From Rickettsiales bacterium (GTDB taxonomy: Bacteria > Pseudomonadota > Alphaproteobacteria > Rickettsiales > UBA1997), in assembly GCA_947425005.1 (NCBI GenBank), contig CANDYP010000002.1, positions 1-45,861 of the forward strand: 45,861 nt of DNA, written 5' to 3'. The position numbers were made by a program, and so were the translations under genes. The notes beneath the pieces are model-generated. The model was not told the origin of the DNA and made no database searches. It saw nothing but the letters and a program-made list of their open reading frames with translations. Shown here one piece after another: positions 8,074 to 14,473 of this stretch. Numbering within the stretch: position 1 is the first letter of the stretch; each line of letters opens with the position of its first letter.

Positions 8074-8880
8074 GTGATGACTCAAGAGGTTTTATTCGAC
8101 CGTGATTTGCTGCGCCAAAACCGAGCGCGCACTGCCCAAAATTTCGCGCAGCATAATTTTCTGCATCACGAGATTGCAAATAGAATCAAAGAGAATGTTG
8201 AGATGCTGAATCGCAAGTTTGAAAGCATTTTAGAAATCGGTGCTCGTGATACTTACTTGTCTGAGCTCTTTCTTGAAGGGCCGGCTGATTCTTCTGAAGC
8301 CGCTGGTTTAGGAGATCTAACGCCACGTTTGCACAAAGGAATTTTTTACGAATTTTTTGATGACGAAGAAATTTTACCGCAAGAGCCAGAGGCGTTTGAT
8401 CTGATTTTGAGCAATCTAAATTTTCACTACATTAACCAAATTCCGCAATTTTTGCTGCAAGTAAAAAACTTGCTAAAGCCAAATGGCATCTTCATTGCCA
8501 GCTTTTTTGGCGAAGAAAATTTAAGTCAGCTAGTGCACGTAATGCATGAAACTGAAACTGAAATTTACGGCGGAATTTCGCCAAGAACTCCGCCGACGAT
8601 TGACGTCAAAACCGCGGCCGCTCTGCTGCAAAAGGCCGGTTTCCAAAATCCGATTTCTGATTTTGAAAAAATCGAAGTAAATTATTCTGATCCTTTGAAT
8701 CTGTTAAAAGATTTGAAAATGATGGGTCAGGGCAATATTTTAACCAAGCGCTCGCGCAAGTTTTTTACCAAAAAATTCCTCGGAAAAGTTTCACAAAATT
8801 ATCGTAAGACCTACGGAAATACCGATGGTGGCGTTACTGCTACTTTTGAAATTGTTACTGTAACTGGGTGGAAAGTTTGA
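8074..8880 (+). CDS. Class I SAM-dependent methyltransferase-like protein (BioC/NDUFAF5-like)
   Basis: 268 aa. LEIGARD (a degenerate motif I), FDLILSNLNFHYIN and LKPNGIFIASFFG fit the methyltransferase_11 pattern. The start could be GTG 8074 or ATG 8077. Confidence 0.6.
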   Translation: MMTQEVLFDRDLLRQNRARTAQNFAQHNFLHHEIANRIKENVEMLNRKFESILEIGARDTYLSELFLEGPADSSEAAGLGDLTPRLHKGIFYEFFDDEEILPQEPEAFDLILSNLNFHYINQIPQFLLQVKNLLKPNGIFIASFFGEENLSQLVHVMHETETEIYGGISPRTPPTIDVKTAAALLQKAGFQNPISDFEKIEVNYSDPLNLLKDLKMMGQGNILTKRSRKFFTKKFLGKVSQNYRKTYGNTDGGVTATFEIVTVTGWKV

Positions 8881-8993
8881 CTGAGTTTGTGACGAGAAAC
8901 CCCCCTACCCCCCTTGTCAGGGGGGCTTTGCACCGAACTCGATAAGCCCCCCCCTGACAAGGGGGGTAGGGGTGTTTCTCGTCACAAACTCAG
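8881..8993. repeat. Family-A GC-rich palindromic element, full copy
   Basis: ctgagtttgtgacgagaaacccccctaccccccttgtcagggggg...cccccctgacaaggggggtaggggtgtttctcgtcacaaactcag is a near-perfect 113-bp palindrome. It starts at the base after the methyltransferase stop and ends 20 nt before the miaB ATG. Confidence 0.92.
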
Positions 8994-9013
8994 TCCAAAA
9001 TTAAAATTAAAAA

Positions 9014-10390
9014 ATGAAAAAATTACACATCAAAACCTACGGCTGCCAAATGAACGTCTACGATTCAGACCGCATGCAAGACCTCATGACCGCTGTCGGA
9101 TACGAAACCTCTGACACTCCCGAAGGAGCAGACATGGTCATCATCAACACCTGTCACATTCGCGAAAAAGCTTCGGAAAAATTATTTTCCGATTTGGGTC
9201 GCATCCGTCCCCACAAAGACAAAATGAAAAATGACGGTAACCAGATGATCGTTGCTGTTGCTGGCTGCGTAGCTCAAGCCGAGGGTGAAGAAATTTTCAA
9301 ACGTTCTAATGTTGTTGATATTATTGTCGGACCAGAAAGTTACCAAACCTTGCCAGACTTGGTTGGGAAGGTGATTCGCGAAAAAAAGAAGCAAATTAAT
9401 TTGGAATTTACGCCGAACGACAAATTCGATGTTTTGCCACAAAGCGCTGCCGGAGTTGGTGCTTCAGCATTTGTAACAGTGCAAGAAGGTTGCGACAAAT
9501 TTTGTACTTTCTGCGTCGTGCCTTACACTCGCGGCGCTGAATATTCCCGCGAAGTTTCCAAAATTGTCGACGACGCCAAAAGACTTGCAGGTCAAGGTGT
9601 TTCTGAAATTTATTTGTTGGGACAAAATGTAAATGCGTACCACGGATTAGATGTGAGCGGCCAGTCCGCCAGCCTCGCCAAGCTAATCGAAGAAATTGCT
9701 AAAATCGAAAATATAAAGCGCATCCGCTACACCACGTCACATCCACGTGACATGTCGGATGATCTGATCGCGGCGCATCGCGATGTTGAAAAGTTAATGC
9801 CATTCTTGCACTTGCCAGTTCAAGCTGGATCAAACTCAGTGCTTAAAGGCATGAACCGTAAACACACTCGCCAAGATTATTTTAAAATTATTGAGAAGAT
9901 CCGCCAAGCCAAGCCAGACATGGGCCTGTCTTCTGATTTCATCGTTGGCTTCCCCGGCGAAACTGACAAAGATTTTGAAGATACTTTGGACTTAATAAAA
10001 CAAATCGGCTTTGCGCAGTGCTATTCTTTTAAATATTCACCGCGTCCGGGAACGCCCGCCAATGATGCTAAAATTCAAGTCGAAGAAAAGGTAAAAGAAG
10101 AGCGTTTAGCGATTTTGCAAAAACTTCTAACTGAGCAGCAAATCGAATTTAATCAGAAATTTGAAAACACCGTAATGCCAGTGCTTTTTGAGAAAGAAGC
10201 TCCGAAGAGTAAAGCCAATAGTCCGAAAACTTCGCGTCCCGGCACGCAACTTTGGGGGAAGTCTCCTTGGCTACAATCCGTGATTGTCGATGTTTCCAGC
10301 GAAGAAGAGGCAAAAAAGTATTTTGGCCAAATTGCTGAAGTAAAAATTTTAAAAAGCCGCCCGAGCAGCTTGGTGGGCGAGTTAAGTTAG
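9014..10390 (+). CDS. miaB: tRNA-2-methylthio-N6-dimethylallyladenosine synthase
   Basis: 458 aa. N-terminal KTYGCQMNVYDS, radical-SAM motif CDKFCTFCVVPYTRG and a C-terminal TRAM region. Confidence 0.93.
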   Translation: MKKLHIKTYGCQMNVYDSDRMQDLMTAVGYETSDTPEGADMVIINTCHIREKASEKLFSDLGRIRPHKDKMKNDGNQMIVAVAGCVAQAEGEEIFKRSNVVDIIVGPESYQTLPDLVGKVIREKKKQINLEFTPNDKFDVLPQSAAGVGASAFVTVQEGCDKFCTFCVVPYTRGAEYSREVSKIVDDAKRLAGQGVSEIYLLGQNVNAYHGLDVSGQSASLAKLIEEIAKIENIKRIRYTTSHPRDMSDDLIAAHRDVEKLMPFLHLPVQAGSNSVLKGMNRKHTRQDYFKIIEKIRQAKPDMGLSSDFIVGFPGETDKDFEDTLDLIKQIGFAQCYSFKYSPRPGTPANDAKIQVEEKVKEERLAILQKLLTEQQIEFNQKFENTVMPVLFEKEAPKSKANSPKTSRPGTQLWGKSPWLQSVIVDVSSEEEAKKYFGQIAEVKILKSRPSSLVGELS

Positions 10391-10554
10391 GTATAATCCA
10401 ATTTTTACGCGACTCATCTCGCAATGAAATTGAGATGGAAAATAAAAAATATCACAATTTATGAAAATTGTAGGAGACTTTATTTTTCCTATGTTACAAA
10501 TAGATCGTGGCTTTACGGAGCTACATCAATTTATAAATTTTAAGAAATACAAAA

Positions 10555-10770
10555 ATGACAGATCAAGTTAGCGGTACAGTAAAATGGTTTAATGACGAAA
10601 AAGGTTTCGGTTTCATCGAAATCCCGGACAGCAAAGACGTTTTCGTTCATCACAGTGCAATCAATGCTAGTGGTGGTCGCCGCACTCTATTCGAAGGCCA
10701 AAAAGTAACTCTAGAAGTTATTCAAGGCAAAAAAGGTTTAGAAGCTACAAACGTAGTTGCACAAAACTAA
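10555..10770 (+). CDS. cspA: Cold-shock protein (CSD)
   Basis: 71 aa. [15 protein letters not shown] and VFVHHSAI are the RNP1/RNP2 motifs. A ~160-nt leader lies upstream. Confidence 0.93.
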   Translation: MTDQVSGTVKWFNDEKGFGFIEIPDSKDVFVHHSAINASGGRRTLFEGQKVTLEVIQGKKGLEATNVVAQN

Positions 10771-10814
10771 ACCCATTTTTTGATTCTCAGAATTTCTGAT
10801 TTTCAAAAATAATT

Positions 10815-10849
10815 AAGCCCTCTCAAAAATTTTTGAGAGGGCTTTTTTT
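10815..10849. terminator. Rho-independent terminator (potentially bidirectional)
   Basis: aagccctctcaaaaa/tttttgagagggctt is a perfect stem followed by T-run ttttttt. It lies between the convergent cspA and SRPBCC genes. Confidence 0.75.
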
Positions 10850-10874
10850 ATTGTCTAAAATTTGAAGTGAAGCA

Positions 10875-11525
10875 TTACCTAGTGGTTACTGGTGGTGTAG
10901 TGGTGGTTGCGGGAGCGGGGGTTACTGTAGGGCTACCCTCTTCTTTTGTGGCGGTTGCGGCTGCTTCGGATTTAATTTCTTTTGTAAGCCTTTCTCCCAA
11001 ACGGGGCTTTTCCAAAATTACTTTTAAATCTTTTAGACCTTTCTCAAAATCTTTTTCAACTTTGCTATGCATCAAGAGGCAGATCAGGTTAAAAGGAACG
11101 GGTGTGTGGCCAGACATTTCCCAAGTTACTCTTGTTTGATTTACGCCAGCATCTTCAGTGAGAAAGTATGCGGTGTTGGTGGTTTTTATCGGCTTTTCAA
11201 AACGTAGTTCAAAATCAATCCGTTCGTTGCTGGAAATTTCTTTAATTTCTTCCTCGCCAACTCCAACCTCTCTATTTCCTGACCAAGAAGAGATCGCTCC
11301 CACGGTGCCGTCAACACCCCTAATATTCATTTTAATATTAGGATCCATCTTTGACCAAGGTTGCCAATTTCTGGAATTTTCCATCAATTTTAAATAAGAG
11401 AAGACTTCGGATTTGGGTTTGTTGACTGTAATTGATTTTTTGATTTCAAAATCTTGTGGAGCTACTATTGCGGCTACAAGGACTAGAGCGACTAGAGCGA
11501 GGAGGGCTGTGAGAAGTTTTTTCAT
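10875..11525 (-). CDS. Secreted SRPBCC-family (polyketide-cyclase/START-like) protein with Thr/Pro-rich tail
   Basis: The start at MKKLLTALLALVALVLVAA gives a signal peptide. The SRPBCC-like core includes KSEVFSYL...WQPWS...TRVTWEMSG. The C-terminus is TVTPAPATTTTPPVTTR. Confidence 0.65.
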   Translation of the reverse strand: MKKLLTALLALVALVLVAAIVAPQDFEIKKSITVNKPKSEVFSYLKLMENSRNWQPWSKMDPNIKMNIRGVDGTVGAISSWSGNREVGVGEEEIKEISSNERIDFELRFEKPIKTTNTAYFLTEDAGVNQTRVTWEMSGHTPVPFNLICLLMHSKVEKDFEKGLKDLKVILEKPRLGERLTKEIKSEAAATATKEEGSPTVTPAPATTTTPPVTTR

Positions 11526-11677
11526 AAATCCTACCAAATTAATTGTTAAAATTATTTTGGGATTTTTTGTGGTGAAAAGTGACGCTAAACATTCACGAAA
11601 TCACGTGCACGAATCTAGGACGGTAGTCATTTTTTTCAATTCCTAATCTCGGAAGTCTGGAGTTTAATTTTTTCTCT

Positions 11678-12334
11678 TTAAGAATTTTTGTTTGTTGTCG
11701 GTTTTGTAAACTCTACTTCTAAAATAATTTCGACCTTGTCGCTGACGCCCATGCTGGAACCTTTTTCTGGAATGCCAAATATGATTCCAAAGTCAGAACG
11801 CTTTAAAGCTCCGCGGGCGGAAAATCCGATGCGGGATCCACTTGGATCCATCGGGTTTCCGGCGTAGCCACCGTTAAATTTGACTTCCAAAATCATTGGG
11901 CGCTTAACGCCGTGCAATTCAAGCTCGCCAATGATGCGGGCGGTATTGGTGCCGGTTAATTCGATTCTGGTGGAATTAAAATTAATTGCTGGGAATCGGA
12001 GCGCATCAAGCCACTGCTCATTTTGCAGCAAGGTATTGAAGTTAAGTTTCTCGGAATTCGGGTAATCTGTTTCGATCGAAGATGGGTCTATACTAGCTGA
12101 AACGCTTGATTTATCTGGGTTGGCTGGGTCAAACTGCAAGGTGGCGTCAAACCTTTTGAAGCGAGCGGTGTAGTAAGAGAATCCTAAATGATTGACGCGA
12201 AAAATTAGGCTGGCATGCGATTTATCTAACTCGTAAACGCCGGCTGGCAATTCTTTTGTAGCTGGGTTGGGGAGTTCTTGCGGAGTACAAAATGTGAGTG
12301 CAAATAAGATGTAAATGGCTGAAATTTTTTTCAT
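11678..12334 (-). CDS. YceI-family periplasmic (polyisoprenoid-binding) protein
   Basis: 218 aa with a signal peptide. YELDKSHASLIFRVNHLGFSYYTARFKRFDATLQFD...LELHGV is the YceI-like domain pattern. Confidence 0.85.
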   Translation of the reverse strand: MKKISAIYILFALTFCTPQELPNPATKELPAGVYELDKSHASLIFRVNHLGFSYYTARFKRFDATLQFDPANPDKSSVSASIDPSSIETDYPNSEKLNFNTLLQNEQWLDALRFPAINFNSTRIELTGTNTARIIGELELHGVKRPMILEVKFNGGYAGNPMDPSGSRIGFSARGALKRSDFGIIFGIPEKGSSMGVSDKVEIILEVEFTKPTTNKNS

Positions 12335-12428
12335 AAAATCTGCTGAAATTAATTAATAAGTTTTAGCAAAAAAACTACTGACAAAGCCTCCAAAGACTGA
12401 CAAAGACCTCTAAAGTAACTCAAAAAAT

Positions 12429-13013
12429 ATGCCAAAAAGTTTCTTACAAATAATCACCTTTCTAATTTTTATGTTTCCAATTTTTGAGAATTCTAATGCC
12501 GCAACTCCAGCCACAAAATACGAGAAAGCCATCTTGGCGGGAGGATGTTTTTGGGGCGTGCAGGAATTAATTGGCAGCCTTGACGGCGTAGTAAAAAGCG
12601 AAGTGGGTTACATTGGAGGAGGGGATCTTAACCCAACTTACGAGCTGATTTCGACAGGTTTGACCAATTACGCCGAAAGTGTTGAAATAACTTTCGATCC
12701 TCAAAAAATTTCTTACGAAAAAATTTTAAAATTCTTTTTTACGATTCACGATCCAACAACTCTAAACCGCCAGCAGAACGACACGGGCAGCCAATATCGT
12801 TCAGAAATTTTTTACTTAAATGACGGGCAAAAAAACATTGCTGCAAAAGTTATTGAGCAGGCGAATAAATCTGGGGTTTTCGCGAAGCCGGTGGTGACAA
12901 AGCTTTCCAAGGCAGAAAAATTTTACCCTGCTGAAGAGTACCACCAAAATTATCTGCAAAAACACCCTTACGGCTACACCTGCCATCATGTGCGCAATGA
13001 ATGGAAGTTTTAA
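12429..13013 (+). CDS. msrA: Peptide-methionine (S)-S-oxide reductase, exported form
   Basis: 194 aa with a signal peptide. Active-site GGCFWGVQ, then DPTTLNRQQNDTGSQYRS and EYHQNYL. Confidence 0.92.
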   Translation: MPKSFLQIITFLIFMFPIFENSNAATPATKYEKAILAGGCFWGVQELIGSLDGVVKSEVGYIGGGDLNPTYELISTGLTNYAESVEITFDPQKISYEKILKFFFTIHDPTTLNRQQNDTGSQYRSEIFYLNDGQKNIAAKVIEQANKSGVFAKPVVTKLSKAEKFYPAEEYHQNYLQKHPYGYTCHHVRNEWKF

Positions 13014-13094
13014 CGGAGAACAAACATCTGTCGTCCCAGGCTGTTGAACAAGCCTTCATTAAAACCACTTCTTTCAACCAGTGGGTGAGGTAGT

Positions 13095-13709
13095 TTAAAG
13101 CATCCGATTGCTAATCACCCCACGTACCACGCCTTCCACCCTAAAATCCTTCGCAGCTAAAAACGGCTCAAATTCACTATTTAGTGACACCAAAATCACG
13201 CTGTCCTTCTTATTTTGTTGTTTAATTTTCTTGATCAAAACCTGCTCATCGTTAACGCACAGAGCCATTACACCATTTTCTGCTTTGTTGGTTTTTTCAA
13301 TAATTACAAAATCTCCACTACTAATTTTTGGTAACATCGAATCACCCTTAGCCTTTACCATGAAGGCTTTGCTAGCTGGAAAGCTTAAAAATTTTGTTGA
13401 AATGGGAATGCGATCAATCGGGCTGCCATCCAAAACCGATCCGTTGGGACCGCAAGCAGCAAGGCCGTACAAATTTAAGTAGGCAATTTCTTTGTCGGGG
13501 CGTTTTAAAATCTGGTAATCTTTGGAGTCGTAAGGGTTCTTTTTTAAGTAACCTTTTTTCTCGAGCTGCGACATGTGATGCACTACAACACTAGTGGAAG
13601 AGGCGCCGATTAAATTTTGCAATTCTCGGATAGTTAGAGGCTCGTCAATATTTTTGGACAAGATCTCAATCAATTTTTCCTGAGCTGGATGAATGCGGGC
13701 CTGAGACAT
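13095..13709 (-). CDS. lexA: LexA-type repressor (wHTH plus S24 autopeptidase)
   Basis: 204 aa. N-terminal winged helix, candidate cleavage site LAACGPN (Ala-Gly equivalent), catalytic GDSMLP and LIKK. The C-terminus SLNSEFEPF...VEGVVRGVI parallels E. coli LexA. Confidence 0.8.
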   Translation of the reverse strand: MSQARIHPAQEKLIEILSKNIDEPLTIRELQNLIGASSTSVVVHHMSQLEKKGYLKKNPYDSKDYQILKRPDKEIAYLNLYGLAACGPNGSVLDGSPIDRIPISTKFLSFPASKAFMVKAKGDSMLPKISSGDFVIIEKTNKAENGVMALCVNDEQVLIKKIKQQNKKDSVILVSLNSEFEPFLAAKDFRVEGVVRGVISNRML

Positions 13710-13762
13710 TTTAACTTAGGACGTTTTAAAAATTTGGTTGTGTTAATAATTTCTAGTTCTAA

Positions 13763-13776
13763 TTGTTCTAGAACAA
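13763..13776. promoter_or_regulatory. Candidate operator: perfect 14-bp palindrome TTGTTCTAGAACAA in the lexA divergent promoter region
   Basis: Seen directly. A further GTTC lies at 13756-13759. The site is ~55 bp upstream of the lexA start and ~100 bp upstream of the divergent ORF. Confidence 0.35.
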
Positions 13777-13872
13777 CACAGAATAAACTATTAATTCTGG
13801 CCAGAGATTAAAGTCAAATTTAAAAATAAGTGTCGGCCAGTTTTAATTTTTTTAACTTCAAAAAATAAATTT

Positions 13873-14157
13873 ATGGAAGCGCAAGAAATCTTGAAAAAAG
13901 CCATGTCGAACAGAAGACCAATCTCTTTTCAATATTACAAAATCGGCAAAATGCAGGCAGAAGAAATAGGCAACGCCCGCATTATCCTCATCTCAACTGA
14001 TGAGTCTGGCAAAGAGACCGTGATGCTTGATCTGTTTCGGAATAAAGTTGGGGTGCAAAATAAATTTAAAAATCTCCTCCCAATCTGGAGATATTTCGAC
14101 ATGAGCGAGATGTCCAACATCCAAATTCTAAATGAGAGCAAAGTGGATGAAGTTTAA
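13873..14157 (+). CDS. Hypothetical small protein divergent from lexA (weak WYL/Sm-like resemblance)
   Basis: 94-aa ORF. RPISFQYYK...ARIILIS...WRYFDMSEMSNIQIL loosely resembles the WYL-domain pattern (x-i-x-Y ... R-x-F-x-x-x-x-I). I found no stronger motif. Confidence 0.5.
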   Translation: MEAQEILKKAMSNRRPISFQYYKIGKMQAEEIGNARIILISTDESGKETVMLDLFRNKVGVQNKFKNLLPIWRYFDMSEMSNIQILNESKVDEV

Positions 14158-14237
14158 ATCAATGGCAAAACGAATTCTGAAAAAAGGAAGAGAAAAAAAA
14201 GGGAGGAGGGTAAATCTTGAGGGAGTATTTAATGAGT

Positions 14238-14314
14238 TGGTTGCGGGGGCTGGATTTGAACCAACGACCTTCAGGTTATGAGCCTGACAAGCTACCGGGC
14301 TGCTCTACCCCGCG
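14238..14314 (-). tRNA. Initiator tRNA-Met (tRNA-fMet, anticodon CAT)
   Basis: The reverse complement is cgcggggtagagcagcccggtagcttgtcaggctcataacctgaaggtcgttggttcaaatccagcccccgcaacca. It folds as a cloverleaf with the C1-A72 mismatch typical of bacterial initiators, is near-identical in layout to E. coli tRNA-fMet, and has an encoded CCA. Confidence 0.95.
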
Positions 14315-14382
14315 GTATGAAATGTAGCTCTGAGTTTTTGCGCTCAGAAGTTTTGATTTGTTTGCTTGCGCAAACTGGGGGT

Positions 14383-14397
14383 TGCTCTACCCCGCGG
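14383..14397 (-). pseudogene. Duplicated fragment of the tRNA-fMet 5' end (acceptor/D-arm) with part of its leader
   Basis: tgctctaccccgcgg at 14383-14397 is identical to 14301-14315. The flanking ...agctcagag resembles agctctgag upstream of the intact tRNA. Confidence 0.6.
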
Positions 14398-14440
14398 ATG
14401 TGAAATAAACTGAATTTGTGAAGCTCAGAGCAAGGGCGCG

Positions 14441-14467
14441 CACCTTAGGAAGGCGAAAACTAAGGTG
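14441..14467 (-). terminator. Hairpin just downstream of the ileS stop
   Basis: caccttag...ctaaggtg (8-bp stem, 11-nt loop) lies 7 nt after the ileS stop codon. There is no obvious U-tract. Confidence 0.35.
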
Positions 14468-14473
14468 CAAGAA

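Noticed and set aside
8914-9114. 66-aa ORF (MSGGLCTELDKPPPDKGGRGVS...) overlapping the miaB start
   Set aside because: It is a translation of the family-A palindrome's poly-G/poly-C arms. It runs out of frame into miaB and has no coding features.
10391-10554. Long cspA leader as a specific riboswitch or thermosensor, with a TTGTAG-N16-TATGTT promoter guess
   Set aside because: Long structured 5' UTRs are normal for csp genes. I could not identify a conserved cold-box or a convincing promoter by eye.
14158-14237. Purine-rich tract (aaaaaaggaagagaaaaaaaagggaggaggg) between the small ORF and the tRNA
   Set aside because: It has no repeat unit, no pairing partner and no ORF, so it is probably just spacer or tRNA 3'-flank sequence.
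13095-14400. The lexA-like gene, divergent small ORF and tRNA with a duplicated fragment as a prophage remnant (CI/Cro at a tRNA att site)
   Set aside because: There are no integrase, excisionase or phage structural genes. The repressor matches chromosomal LexA at its C-terminus. The duplicated tRNA piece is the 5' end, not the 3' end used by integrases.
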